Assembly (NCBI GenBank): GCA_963713575.1
Contig: CAVQMH010000018.1
Span: forward strand, 6,230-70,229
DNA from: an uncultured Alphaproteobacteria bacterium
GTDB taxonomy: Bacteria; Pseudomonadota; Alphaproteobacteria; Rhizobiales; Hyphomicrobiaceae
Length of the DNA stretch: 64,000 bases
Direction of reading: 5' to 3'
Below the pieces are notes generated by a model. That model saw only the letters and a list, made by a program, of their open reading frames with translations. It ran no database searches and had not been told where the DNA came from. The translations under genes and the position numbers were made by a program. Every line of letters begins with the position of its first letter. The stretch's first letter is position 1. This document shows positions 1-9,670 of the stretch, piece by piece.

Positions 1-443
1 ACGACATGATGGACCGGTTACGAAGTGACATCACTTACAAGCGGCGATCCGCAATGGGGACGCAAGCGCCGGCTGAAACATTGGCGCTCGGAACGGGTAC
101 GTGCCGAGACTTCGCGTGGCTGATGATTGAAGCGCTCCGTTCGCTCGGATTTGCGGCGCGCTTTGTGAGCGGTTACATCTATTCGCCCGCCTGGACAGCG
201 GCGCGTGGCGGAGGCGCAACCCACGCCTGGGTGCAGGTGTACTTGCCAGGTTGCGGCTGGATCGAGATGGATCCGACCAACGGCATATTCGGAAACCGTG
301 ATCTTATCCGTATCGCGGTAGCGCGGAATCCTAGCCAAGCGAGGCCGCTATCTGGATCGTTCATCGGTGAACGCGGCTGCCATCTTGGGCTAACGGTATC
401 TGTGATAGTAGAGAACGCTGAACCGGCCGCGGTTGCCTATTGA
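1..443 (+). CDS. transglutaminase-like family protein, C-terminal part (5' end outside window)
   Basis: ORF 6..443 is open to the window edge. The translation TGTCRDFAWL...HAWVQVYLPGCGWIEMDPTNG shows the Cys/His/Asp transglutaminase-core pattern. Confidence 0.8.
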   Translation, partial: DMMDRLRSDITYKRRSAMGTQAPAETLALGTGTCRDFAWLMIEALRSLGFAARFVSGYIYSPAWTAARGGGATHAWVQVYLPGCGWIEMDPTNGIFGNRDLIRIAVARNPSQARPLSGSFIGERGCHLGLTVSVIVENAEPAAVAY

Positions 444-485
444 ACTGCTGCCGGTACTGGCGCGATTAAGTAACGACAGTCGCCA

Positions 486-734
486 TCAATCCATAGAGCT
501 TCGAGTAGATCTCGACTCCGCTGCTTGAAGACCGTCGATCTCGTGAACGAGTTGAACGAGATCTGCAATCAACAAGCTAATCGATTCCTTAAGGGCGGCC
601 TGCTCCGGTAGAGACATCAACGGCTTCTCTGCGTGTTTGAACCAGTCGAGCCGAATCGACTCGCGCATCGCGTCGATGTCGCGTTGCAGGTTTTCTTGAT
701 TTGTCACGGAACCCCCTGGAATGAGATTTAGCAT
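486..734 (-). CDS. hypothetical protein (82 aa)
   Basis: Only an ORF of plausible composition lying between neighbours. No recognisable motif. Confidence 0.3.
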   Translation of the reverse strand: MLNLIPGGSVTNQENLQRDIDAMRESIRLDWFKHAEKPLMSLPEQAALKESISLLIADLVQLVHEIDGLQAAESRSTRSSMD

Positions 735-928
735 GCCTCAACTTACGCGGCTTGGCGATGGAATCTCTTGGGGACGGGCAACTCCACCTACGGAGTCCGA
801 GGAACTGGCGCTAATCGTCGGACAGTTCGAATCCGATCGGGTGCATCAACTTCCCCCATGCAGGATAAGATTGGGTCCTTGCGCCGCGCTCCATCGCGTA
901 GGCTAATGGTACGGGACATGGCTGGGAG

Positions 929-1645
929 GTGACGTTGCGCTTTCTTGATTTCAGTTCGTGGCAGAGCTTGCTTGCGACGGTGTTAGGCTTGGCGCTGTTC
1001 GCTCTGATCGGCATCGGAATCCGGCTGCTGATGATGTTTACAATCCAGCAGCGCCGCGAGCGCATGAACCGCCAAATTAACGAACGCCTTCGTACATTGA
1101 TCGCAGCCTACAAAGTCCTAGGTGGCTCCTTCACCGGCGATCTGACTGTCGATCCGACGCATTTGCGCGATCGGCGTCGACTAGGTGAGCCTATGACCGA
1201 GAGTGGTTCTCCGGCGGTGATGGAACTCACTGCCGAAAGTGCTTCGGGGACCGACCGTGCGCGGCGCATCCGCGATTCCGTCGAGGCGGTTCTTTCGGAC
1301 ATTATACTGCTCGGGACGGAAGAGCATGTCCGGTTGGCGGAGCGCGCCGCGCGCGAATTGGTTGCCGGACGACCTGTCCACACCCACGAACTCGTCATCT
1401 CACTGCGTAGTTTCATTCGCGATGCGCTCGATCTCGATCCGATCCCGCCCGATCTTGCGATCCCCATGCAGGGTCCCACGCGGCCATCAAGTGCTGGTGG
1501 GCGCGGCAGGGGTGAGCGTGGAAAAGAGAATGAGCGACAGGGCGCCGGTGGAAGAGGCGGTGGCGGCATCGGTATGGGTGCCGGCATCGGCGCAGGTCTC
1601 GCACTAGGCGGCGAAGATCCGCCGCCGTCCGATCGTGGTCTATAG
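929..1645 (+). CDS. hypothetical membrane-anchored protein with Gly-rich C-terminus
   Basis: 238-aa ORF with an N-terminal hydrophobic helix (LLATVLGLALFALIGIGIRLLMMF) and a C-terminal GGRGGGGIGMGAGIGAG tract. No family recognised. Confidence 0.45.
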   Translation: MTLRFLDFSSWQSLLATVLGLALFALIGIGIRLLMMFTIQQRRERMNRQINERLRTLIAAYKVLGGSFTGDLTVDPTHLRDRRRLGEPMTESGSPAVMELTAESASGTDRARRIRDSVEAVLSDIILLGTEEHVRLAERAARELVAGRPVHTHELVISLRSFIRDALDLDPIPPDLAIPMQGPTRPSSAGGRGRGERGKENERQGAGGRGGGGIGMGAGIGAGLALGGEDPPPSDRGL

Positions 1646-1952
1646 ACGTCTTATGCGCGGTGGTGCGATCCTCTGTAACAATTGAGAGGACTCTAGATGC
1701 CAGTGGCGCCGGTCCTGTAGCACTACGGCCTCCGCCAGGCAGGCACTCAGGGTCAAGACAGCTACTCGAAACCATGCCTCGGCCGCGTCGGCTGAACCCC
1801 TGTGTTCAGAAATAGGACCGAGAGAACTCTAAGGTTCGGGGTAGTACTAGGGTAGCGGAAATCTCGGTTTTCGGTGGAACTCGGCGATACTTGACGGTGT
1901 TCGGCGAAACAGGCTCCAAGCGGATTGTCGGAGTAATAGTACAGCGCAAGCA

Positions 1953-1990
1953 AGAAGGCCCCCGATATCAGGGGCCTTCTTTCTTTTCGT
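1953..1990 (-). terminator. stem-loop directly after the istB fragment stop
   Basis: A perfect 10-bp stem agaaggcccc / ggggccttct with an 8-nt loop. Flanking runs are T-rich on both strands. Confidence 0.4.
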
Positions 1991-1993
1991 TCC

Positions 1994-2272
1994 TTATATC
2001 TCTGTAGGTTCGTCCGGAGGCGGCTCGGCCGTGGCGCTGCGTGACCGGCGCTTGGAACGGGCGAGCCTGAAGCTGTCGCCATTTATTTCGAGGATGTGGA
2101 CGAAGTGATTCAGCCGGTCGAGCAGCGCGCCAGTGAGCCGCTCTAAGCCGAACACCGATGTCCATTCGTCGAAGGGCAGGTTGGAAGTGACAAACGTGGT
2201 GCCGCGTTCGTATCTCTGAGAGACGACCTCGAACAGCCTGCCAAGTAGTCCTTCACGATCTTTTGCCCTTGG
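1994..2272 (-). pseudogene. istB: IS21-family helper ATPase IstB, C-terminal fragment
   Basis: Minus-strand frame without a start codon, bounded upstream by an in-frame TGA. It reads ...REGLLGRLFEVVSQRYERGTTFVTSNLPFDEWTSVFGLERLTGALLDRLNHFVHILEINGDSFRLARSKRR. This is the characteristic IstB C-terminus (YER..TSN.PF.EW...F....LT.AL.DRL.HH..I....G.S.R). Confidence 0.7.
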
Positions 2273-2427
2273 TCAGCCCTCTGATTGACGCTGCATCTAG
2301 GGCGGCGATCGCGCACGTGGGCCATGCAATTATCTCGCGTGTTACCGGCGGGACAGCAGCGTTCCGGCGGCGGCGGTAAATCTGAGGGCATGGAAGCGGG
2401 ATGCTTCAAAACCTCGGGAGAACCATC

Positions 2428-2541
2428 ATGGAAACTGGCAAAACATCTTCGGCACAGCAGGTTCTGACGTCGGTTCTGATTGCCGGCACCTTGTCGACGC
2501 TGGTGATCGGCGGCGCTCTGCTGACCACGATCGGTGCGTAA
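2428..2541 (+). CDS. possible 37-aa hydrophobic peptide
   Basis: ATG preceded by gggaga. Translation is METGKTSSAQQVLTSVLIAGTLSTLVIGGALLTTIGA, a single predicted TM helix. It is too short for the ORF track and has no homology support. Confidence 0.2.
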   Translation: METGKTSSAQQVLTSVLIAGTLSTLVIGGALLTTIGA

Positions 2542-2551
2542 TTTGGCGTGG

Positions 2552-4366
2552 TCAGCTGTCGAGTTCCTGCCGCTGCATTTCGAGTTCGAGCCATTGTTCT
2601 TCGGCGGCGGCCAGTTCAGTTTGAGACCTTGCCAGGGCGGCCGTGGCTTGGCTGAAGGTTTTAGGATCTTTTGTGTAGAGACTTGCGTCGGCGAGCCTTG
2701 ATTGCAGCCGGGAAATTTCGGAACTCAGCTTTTCCATCTGCGCCGGCAGCGTTTCGAGCGCGTGCTTCTCCTTGAAGGAGAGTTTTCGTTTTGACTTGGC
2801 AGGTTCGGGGGACGGCGTGGCGACATCGGCCGCCGCTGGCTTCTTCGTTTCGGCTAACGCCCGCCGTTCTAGGTCGGCGCCTTTGCGCTGGACGAGCATG
2901 TCGGAATAGCCGCCTGGATATTCGCTCCAGCGACCGTCGCCTTCGGCGGCGATGACGCTCGTGACAACGCGATCGAGGAAGTCGCGATCGTGGCTGACGA
3001 GGATGACGGTACCCGGATAGTCGGCGAGCAATTCTTGCAACAGATCGAGTGTTTCGAGGTCGAGATCGTTGGTCGGCTCGTCGAGAACAAGGACGTTGGA
3101 GGGTTTGGCGAGCGCGCGGGCGAGCATGAGGCGGCCGCGTTCGCCGCCGGATAGCACCTTCATGGGCGAGCGAACCTGTTCGGACGTGAACAGGAAATCT
3201 TTCATGTAGCTGACGACGTGGCGGACCTTGCCGTTGACGCTAACCTGATCACCGCGGCCGCCAGTCAAGGCTTCGCCGAGGGTCCATTCCGGTTTCAATT
3301 CATCGCGCTTTTGGTCGAGGGTGACGAGTTCGAGTGACTGGCCGAGGCGGATGGTGCCCCTATCGGGTGCGAGTTCTCCGGTGAGCATGCGGAGCAGGGT
3401 CGTCTTGCCGGCGCCATTGGGGCCGACGACACCGACGCGGTCGCCGCGCAGGATGGTCGTCGAGAAATCGCGGACGATGACGGTCTCGCCGTAGCTTTTG
3501 GAAATGTCGAGCGCTTCGACGATGAGGCGGCTTGAGGTGCCGCCATCGGTGGCGGCGAGGCGGACATTGCCTTGGAGGTTGCGCTGTTCGCGGACTTCCT
3601 GGCGCATGGCTTTCAGTTCGCGGACGCGGCGGACGTTGCGCTTGCGGCGGCCTGTTACGCCACCATGCATCCATTGATTTTCGCGGACGATCTTACGGTC
3701 GAGCTTGTGGCGTTCGACCTCTTCCTCGTCGAGGACCTTGTCGCGCCAGGCTTCAAAGTGAGCAAAGCCCTCGGGCAGTTCGCGCGTGCGGCCGCGGTCG
3801 ATCCATAGCGTCTTTTTCGAGAGGGTTTCCAGGAAGCGGCGGTCGTGGCTGATGAGGACGATCGCGGCGCGGAGGCTATGGATCGTTTTTTCCAGCCATT
3901 CGATTGCTGGGAGATCAAGGTGGTTCGTCGGCTCATCGAGGAGCAGCACGTCTGGGTTGGCGACCAGAGCCTTGGCGAGCGCAGCGCGTCGAGCTTCGCC
4001 ACCGGAAAGATGGGCGGGGTCTTCGTCGCCGATCATGCCGAAGTCGTCGAGGAGCTTGCGGGCCAGGTACGGGTCATCCGTCGGGCCGAGGCCGTCTTCA
4101 ACGTAGGCGAGAACGGTCTGAGCGTCGCCGAAGTCAGGCTCTTGCGGCAGGTAGCGGACTGAGGCGTTGGGGTGAACGAAGCGTTCGCCGCTGTCGGGCT
4201 CGACAAGGCCAGCGGCAATTTTCATGAGTGTTGACTTGCCGGAGCCGTTGCGTCCGACGAGGCACAAGCGATCGCCCGGCTCGACGTTCAGATCGGCGCC
4301 CTCGAGAAGGGGCGTGCCGCCAAAGGTCAGGTGAATGTCGCGAAGAGTAAGAAGAGCTGCAGCCAT
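2552..4366 (-). CDS. uup: ABC-F family ATPase (Uup-like), two ABC domains plus C-terminal coiled coil
   Basis: 604 aa with two Walker A motifs (GRNGSGKST, GPNGAGKTT) and two LSGGE signatures. There is no TM domain. The C-terminal tail is Lys/Glu-rich and helical. Confidence 0.9.
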   Translation of the reverse strand: MAAALLTLRDIHLTFGGTPLLEGADLNVEPGDRLCLVGRNGSGKSTLMKIAAGLVEPDSGERFVHPNASVRYLPQEPDFGDAQTVLAYVEDGLGPTDDPYLARKLLDDFGMIGDEDPAHLSGGEARRAALAKALVANPDVLLLDEPTNHLDLPAIEWLEKTIHSLRAAIVLISHDRRFLETLSKKTLWIDRGRTRELPEGFAHFEAWRDKVLDEEEVERHKLDRKIVRENQWMHGGVTGRRKRNVRRVRELKAMRQEVREQRNLQGNVRLAATDGGTSSRLIVEALDISKSYGETVIVRDFSTTILRGDRVGVVGPNGAGKTTLLRMLTGELAPDRGTIRLGQSLELVTLDQKRDELKPEWTLGEALTGGRGDQVSVNGKVRHVVSYMKDFLFTSEQVRSPMKVLSGGERGRLMLARALAKPSNVLVLDEPTNDLDLETLDLLQELLADYPGTVILVSHDRDFLDRVVTSVIAAEGDGRWSEYPGGYSDMLVQRKGADLERRALAETKKPAAADVATPSPEPAKSKRKLSFKEKHALETLPAQMEKLSSEISRLQSRLADASLYTKDPKTFSQATAALARSQTELAAAEEQWLELEMQRQELDS

Positions 4367-4379
4367 GCGGTGCTGGCTA

Positions 4380-5129
4380 CTAGATGCAGCGGCCGCCGTC
4401 TACTTCGATGGCGATGCCGGTGATGAAGGCGGAGGCGGGGTCGGCGAAGAAGAGGGCGGCGTTGGCGATGTCGGAGGGTTTGGAGAAGCGGCCCAAGGGA
4501 ATGCCGGCGGTGAACTTGGCGCGGTTTTCGGGCGTGTCCGCCATTCCCATGAACTGCTCTATCAGGCCGGTTTCGCCGATGACGGGATTGATGGCGTTGA
4601 CGCGGATGTTCTTTGCGGCGAGTTCGGCGGCCATGGATTTGGTGAGCGTCAGGGCAGCGCCCTTGGAGCCGTTGTACCAGGTGAGGCCGGGACGCGGGCG
4701 GACGCCGGCCGTGGACGCTGTGATGATGATGGACCCGCCGCCGCGCTTTTCGAGTTCGGGCACGCCGGCGAGGGTCGTCAGGTAGATCGACTTCACGTTG
4801 ACGGCGTAGATGCGGTCAAAGTCGTCTTCCGCGACCGTCATCAGGGACTGGTTCTTGTGAGTGATCCCGGCGTTGTTGACGATGATGTCCAGGCCGCCGA
4901 AGGTTTGCGCGCAGGCAGAGACCATGGCGTCGACGTCTGCTTTCACCGAGACGTCGCAGGTAAAGGGAACGGCGGCTTTACCGATGCCAGCAGCGACAGC
5001 GGCCGCACCCTTGGTATCGCGGTCGGCGATCATGACCGTTGCGCCTTCGCGCGCGAAGGCTTCGGCGATGCCGCGGCCGAAACCGGAGGCGCCACCCGTG
5101 ACAATGGCGATCTTGCCGTCAAGTCTCAT
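4380..5129 (-). CDS. SDR family oxidoreductase
   Basis: 249 aa. TGGASGFG dinucleotide-binding motif, NNAG, and a YNGSK catalytic Tyr/Lys. Confidence 0.85.
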   Translation of the reverse strand: MRLDGKIAIVTGGASGFGRGIAEAFAREGATVMIADRDTKGAAAVAAGIGKAAVPFTCDVSVKADVDAMVSACAQTFGGLDIIVNNAGITHKNQSLMTVAEDDFDRIYAVNVKSIYLTTLAGVPELEKRGGGSIIITASTAGVRPRPGLTWYNGSKGAALTLTKSMAAELAAKNIRVNAINPVIGETGLIEQFMGMADTPENRAKFTAGIPLGRFSKPSDIANAALFFADPASAFITGIAIEVDGGRCI

Positions 5130-6025
5130 CGGATGTTCGCGGGATCGGGCTTGGCGCGCGCCTTTGCCTCGGCGCGATAGGGGCTTGCGAGATAGGTGCC
5201 GAGCAGCTTCAGTTCGGTGGAGAAGAACGAGAGTTCCTCCAGCGCGAGCTGAACCTTGCGCTCAACGGGATGGCCTTCGATGTCCGCAAAAAACATCGTC
5301 GCGTTGAAAGTGCCTTCAGTCTGGTAGCTTTCAAGCTTCGTCATGTTGACGCCATTGGTCGCGAAACCGCCGAGCGCCTTGTAGAGGGCAGCCGGCACGT
5401 TGCGGACCCGGAATAGAAACGTCGTCATGACGGGGCCGTCTTCAGGTTCGGCGTCGTCGGGTTCGCAGGCGAGGATGACGAAGCGGGTGGTGTTGTGGGC
5501 CTCGTCCTCAACGTCGGATTTCAGAATTTCGAGGCCGTAGATGTCCGCGGCGAGGCGGGAGGCGAGGGCGGCCACTGTCAGAACTTTCGATTCTGAGACC
5601 ATGCGAGCAGAGCCAGCCGTATCGGCCTCCGGTACCGACTTGAGCCCGAGTTTACGTAGCGTGTTGCGGCACTGACCGAGAGCTTGGGTATGGCTCATTA
5701 CGCTCTTGACCGTATCGAGCGTTGCGCCGGGTTTGGCCATCAACTGGTGATGAACGCGCAGGAAGTGTTCGCCGGTGATGAAGAGATCGGCGTTGGGCAG
5801 CAGGTGATGAATATCGGCGACGCGGCCCGCGACCGAGTTTTCGATCGGGATCATGGCGCAACCGACATCGGCCGACTTCACGGCGGCCAGTGCATCTTCG
5901 AAAGTCGGGTAGGGAACGGGCTCGAAGTCGGGAAAGGCTTCCGTGCAGGCCAGATGCGAATTGGCGCCGGGTTCACCCTGGTAGGCGATGCGCTTCAGCG
6001 CGGGGGCATGCTTCGATGTCGGCAT
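5126..6025 (-). CDS. pheA: prephenate dehydratase
   Basis: 299 aa. IAYQGEPGANSHLA N-terminus, a TRF motif (HNTTRFVIL) and a C-terminal ACT-like region. It overlaps the downstream SDR gene by 4 nt. Confidence 0.9.
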   Translation of the reverse strand: MPTSKHAPALKRIAYQGEPGANSHLACTEAFPDFEPVPYPTFEDALAAVKSADVGCAMIPIENSVAGRVADIHHLLPNADLFITGEHFLRVHHQLMAKPGATLDTVKSVMSHTQALGQCRNTLRKLGLKSVPEADTAGSARMVSESKVLTVAALASRLAADIYGLEILKSDVEDEAHNTTRFVILACEPDDAEPEDGPVMTTFLFRVRNVPAALYKALGGFATNGVNMTKLESYQTEGTFNATMFFADIEGHPVERKVQLALEELSFFSTELKLLGTYLASPYRAEAKARAKPDPANIR

Positions 6026-6053
6026 CGCGGTTGGGCTCGGTTCTGGTGCTTGG

Positions 6054-6797
6054 TCAGGAGGATTGCGGCCGGATCAGTTGCCGGGCCCTGTCGAGGTCGG
6101 CCGGAGTATCGACACCGAGAGGAACAGTGTCAACGATCGACACATCGATGCGCATACCGTCTTCCAAGGCGCGCAGCTGCTCGAGTTTTTCGCGTTGTTC
6201 CAATTCCGAGGGGGGCAGCGAAACGAAGCGTTCGAGCGCGGTGCGGCGGTAGGCGTAAATACCGATGTGGTGATAGAGCGGGCCATCACCGTGGGGAGCC
6301 GTGGCGCGGGTGAAATAGAGCGCGCGCAGACGGCCGGGGGTGCGAAGTTTGGAGCCGATGACCTTCACGACGTTCGGGTTGTGGCGCTCTTCGTCGGCAG
6401 CAATTTCGGCGGCCAAGGTTGCGATGTCGGGGCCTCTCTCCTTCAGCGGTGCGATGCAGGCGCGGATGAGAGCAGGGTCGAGTGTCGGCAAGTCGCCCTG
6501 CAGGTTGACTACGACCTCTGCCTCGCCCTCGGGATCGATCCGATTGAGGGCCTCGTAGATGCGGTCGGAGCCTGAGGCATGGTCCTGGCGGGTCATCACC
6601 GCCTCACCACCGGCGGCGCGGACGGCGGCAACGATCACTTCACTGTCGGTGGCAACAACAACACGACCAATTTCAGCGGCCATGGCCCGTTGCCAAACAT
6701 GCACAATCATCGGCTGGCCATGGATGTCGGCCAACGGCTTGTCGGGCAAGCGTGTCGCCTTCAGACGGGCCGGAATGAGGACAATGCTTCGGGTCAT
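6054..6797 (-). CDS. kdsB: 3-deoxy-manno-octulosonate cytidylyltransferase
   Basis: [19 protein letters not shown]-terminus typical of KdsB. The ORF extends to 6827, but the Met at 6797 ([11 protein letters not shown]) fits the family N-terminus better. Confidence 0.88.
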   Translation of the reverse strand: MTRSIVLIPARLKATRLPDKPLADIHGQPMIVHVWQRAMAAEIGRVVVATDSEVIVAAVRAAGGEAVMTRQDHASGSDRIYEALNRIDPEGEAEVVVNLQGDLPTLDPALIRACIAPLKERGPDIATLAAEIAADEERHNPNVVKVIGSKLRTPGRLRALYFTRATAPHGDGPLYHHIGIYAYRRTALERFVSLPPSELEQREKLEQLRALEDGMRIDVSIVDTVPLGVDTPADLDRARQLIRPQSS

Positions 6798-6974
6798 GGT
6801 CTGGGATCCGGTCGGGGGACGGGACAATCGGTCTCGCGGTCGCGGTCTAGAACACAGTGGCTCCGTCGTTGCAAGCTGGCCGCGGCTCCCTTACATGCGG
6901 CAGGATTGATTTTGACCGGACCGTTCGCTGCGATCCCTGTGGGTCGATGGCGTCGCCAGCTACGTAGGTGACCA

Positions 6975-7625
6975 ATGGATTCCTTTGAAATGAGCAAGAT
7001 CGCCGGGGCTGTGCTCGCGGCTCTATTGTTGATTGTCGGATCGAATGTCATTATCGGCGCACGCACGGCGGGTAGTCCGGGCCAGCCGGCGAACGGATAC
7101 AGGTTGTCGACCGATACTGCGACGGCTGAAGCCGCCCCTGCGGAAGCAGATCCAGCGAAAAAGGCTGAGGCGCCCGAGGCGGCCGCACCCGTCAAAGACG
7201 GTGCTGCTCCGGCTGCGGTTCCAGCGCCTGCCAAGGATGCTGCTGCTGGCGGTTTTGACGCAAAGGCTGTCGTTGCCCAGCTCGCATCCGCCAAGGCGGA
7301 CGATGGTGCGGCGGTATTCAAGAAGTGCGCAGCGTGCCACGTCGTGAAGAAGGATGCTCCGAGCGGCGCTGCCCCAAATCTGTGGGGCATCGTCAACCGT
7401 CCCAAGGCGGCTCAGGCCGATTTCGCCGCCAAGTATTCGGATGCGATCAAGGCGAAGGGCGGCGAGTGGACCTATGAGAATCTGGCGCTCTTCCTGCACC
7501 AGCCGAAGGGCTATATCGCCGGCACCAAGATGGCGTTTGCCGGGATCAAAGATCCGGCTGAAATCGCCAACGTCATCGCCTACTTGCGGACCTTGGCCGA
7601 CGCCCCGGCGCCGCTGCCGAAGTGA
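6975..7625 (+). CDS. cycM: membrane-anchored c-type cytochrome (CycM-like)
   Basis: N-terminal TM helix, an Ala/Pro-rich linker, a CAACH haem-binding motif and a distal Met region (GTKMAFAG). Confidence 0.85.
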   Translation: MDSFEMSKIAGAVLAALLLIVGSNVIIGARTAGSPGQPANGYRLSTDTATAEAAPAEADPAKKAEAPEAAAPVKDGAAPAAVPAPAKDAAAGGFDAKAVVAQLASAKADDGAAVFKKCAACHVVKKDAPSGAAPNLWGIVNRPKAAQADFAAKYSDAIKAKGGEWTYENLALFLHQPKGYIAGTKMAFAGIKDPAEIANVIAYLRTLADAPAPLPK

Positions 7626-7649
7626 GACGCGGCAAATGCCTGAAATACA

Positions 7650-7684
7650 AAGCCCCGCCAACGATTTGGCGGGGCTTTTCGTTG
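7650..7684 (+). terminator. rho-independent terminator after cycM
   Basis: An 11-bp stem aagccccgcca / tggcggggctt followed by ttttcgtt. Confidence 0.75.
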
Positions 7685-7813
7685 GGCGCGGACATTAAGA
7701 AACTTTAAGCGCCACGGCCACCTTTCCAAGGCTACACGCATGATATGCAGAACGCCGCGGGCCGTATCAGTCGATGAGGCCCTATGTGAAATTTCGAGGA
7801 GGACACGCCGCCG

Positions 7814-9670
7814 ATGAACCGCCTTTCGCTCATCGCAGGCCTCTTCGCCGGCGTGCTCTTATCCGCCGTCATCCCCGTCCAAGCTGGCGGTGCTCAGCCG
7901 CAAAAACGGCATGCGGTGTCGCTGCTCGGTGAGCCAAAGCTGCCGCCGGATTTCAAGCATTTCGAGTGGGTGAACCCCGATGCGCCGAAGGCCGGAACGC
8001 TGCGGTTGTCTGCGATCGGCGGGTTCGATAGTCTCAACCCTTTCACGGTCAAGGGTCAGCCGGCGTCGGGTCTCGGCAACATTTTCGATACACTATTGTT
8101 CAGTTCGCCCGACGAGCCGTCGGCGGAATACGGGCTTCTTGCTGAATGGATTTCCTATCCGGACGATTTCTCCTCGGTCACGTTTGGATTGCGGCCGGAG
8201 GCGAAATTTCACGACGGCAAGCCGGTGACGCCGGACGACGTCGTCTTCAGTTTCACAGAGATGAAGAAAAGTGATCCGCGCGTCGGATTTTATTATCAGA
8301 ACGTGGTGAAGGCTGAGAAGACTGGCGATCGTGAAGTGACGTTCACCTTCGACAAAGCAGGCAATCGCGAGTTGCCGCTGATCGTCGGGCAGCTCAGCAT
8401 CGTGCCCAAACACTTCTACGAGGGCATGAACGATAAGGGTGAAAAGCGTGATCTGGGGAAATCGACACTGGAGCCGCCGCTGGGTTCGGGGCCCTATAAG
8501 ATCAAGTCCGTCGATGCCGGCCGCCGCATCGTGTACGAGCGCGTGCAAGATTATTGGGCCAAGGATCTGCCGGTCGCCAAAGGCCAGAACAATTTCAATG
8601 AGATTTCGTACATCTACTTCAAGGATCGCACCCCGGCATTCGAAGCGTTCAAGTCTGGCGTTGTCGATTTCTGGACGGAAACATCGGCCGGTGCCTGGGC
8701 GACGCAGTATAACTTCGACGCAGCCGGCAAGGGCCTCGTCAAGAAGGAAGCGCTGCCGCACAAGCGTGTGGCTTCGATGCAGGGGTTTGCATTCAATGTC
8801 CGTCGCAAGCCGTTCGACGACATCCGCGTACGCAAGGCCATCGCGCTGGCGTTCAATTTCGAAGCGCTGAACAAGTCCATTTTTTATGGACAGTACGTGC
8901 GCGCGCAAAGCTTCTTTGGAAATTCGGAGCTTGCTGCAGCCGGTTTGCCTGAGGGGCGCGAGCTAGAGTTTCTCAACGAAGTGAAAGCCGACGTGCCGGC
9001 CGAGGTTTTCACCGCGCCTTGGAAGAGCCCAGCGAACGAGAAGGACACCGACTTCCGCACCAATATGCTGGCCGCGACGAAGCTGCTGGATGAGGCAGGC
9101 TGGAAGGTTTCGGGCGGGCAGCGCAAGAATGCGGCTGGCGAACCGCTCAAAGTCGAAATTCTTCTCGTGCAGCCGGATTTCGAGCGGATCGTTCTGCCGT
9201 TCATTGAAAACATGAAAAAGCTCGGGATAGCTGCGAGCGTGCGGATCGTTGACAGTTCGCAGTACGAGCAGCGCGAGAAGACGCGCGATTTCGACATGAT
9301 CGTCGACAGTTTTGGGCAGTCCCATTCGCCCGGAAACGAGCAACGCGATTACTGGGGTTCGGCATCGGCGGATCGCGAAGGCAGCAGGAACACGATCGGC
9401 ATCAGGAGCGCTGCGGTCGACAAACTTGTCGACAACATCGTATTCGCGAAGGACCGGGGTGATCTCGTTGCCGCCACGCGCGCCCTCGACCGGGTTTTGC
9501 TGTGGAGCTTTTTTGTGGTGCCACAATGGTATTATCCATTCGACCGGATTGCGACGTGGGACATCTATGGCCGGGCGCAAACGCTGCCGTCGCAAAGCCC
9601 GGTCTATGCCAATGCGTGGTGGATCGATCCGGCGAAGGCTGATGCGGTGAAGGCCGCGCGTGGCCAGTGA
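7814..9670 (+). CDS. yejA: ABC transporter substrate-binding protein, family 5 (YejA-like)
   Basis: 618 aa with a signal peptide. It is a SBP_bac_5-type sequence and the first gene of a yejA-yejA-yejB-yejE-yejF array. Confidence 0.85.
   Translation: MNRLSLIAGLFAGVLLSAVIPVQAGGAQPQKRHAVSLLGEPKLPPDFKHFEWVNPDAPKAGTLRLSAIGGFDSLNPFTVKGQPASGLGNIFDTLLFSSPDEPSAEYGLLAEWISYPDDFSSVTFGLRPEAKFHDGKPVTPDDVVFSFTEMKKSDPRVGFYYQNVVKAEKTGDREVTFTFDKAGNRELPLIVGQLSIVPKHFYEGMNDKGEKRDLGKSTLEPPLGSGPYKIKSVDAGRRIVYERVQDYWAKDLPVAKGQNNFNEISYIYFKDRTPAFEAFKSGVVDFWTETSAGAWATQYNFDAAGKGLVKKEALPHKRVASMQGFAFNVRRKPFDDIRVRKAIALAFNFEALNKSIFYGQYVRAQSFFGNSELAAAGLPEGRELEFLNEVKADVPAEVFTAPWKSPANEKDTDFRTNMLAATKLLDEAGWKVSGGQRKNAAGEPLKVEILLVQPDFERIVLPFIENMKKLGIAASVRIVDSSQYEQREKTRDFDMIVDSFGQSHSPGNEQRDYWGSASADREGSRNTIGIRSAAVDKLVDNIVFAKDRGDLVAATRALDRVLLWSFFVVPQWYYPFDRIATWDIYGRAQTLPSQSPVYANAWWIDPAKADAVKAARGQ

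Larger units (their letters stand above)
1801..2272 (-). mobile_element. IS21-family insertion sequence remnant (3' part of istB plus putative terminal region)
   Basis: Contains the istB C-terminal fragment. Downstream on the minus strand are short repeated motifs (cgccgaa / caccgaaaaccgag) and a possible ...ctgaacaca end at about 1801. The end position is inferred, not proven. No istA is present. Confidence 0.45.

Noticed and set aside
1833-1845. Shared 12-mer taaggttcgggg at about 1833 and about 15627, considered as a dispersed repeat.
   Set aside because: Exact 12-mers are expected to recur many times by chance in 64 kb on two strands. The flanks do not extend the match.
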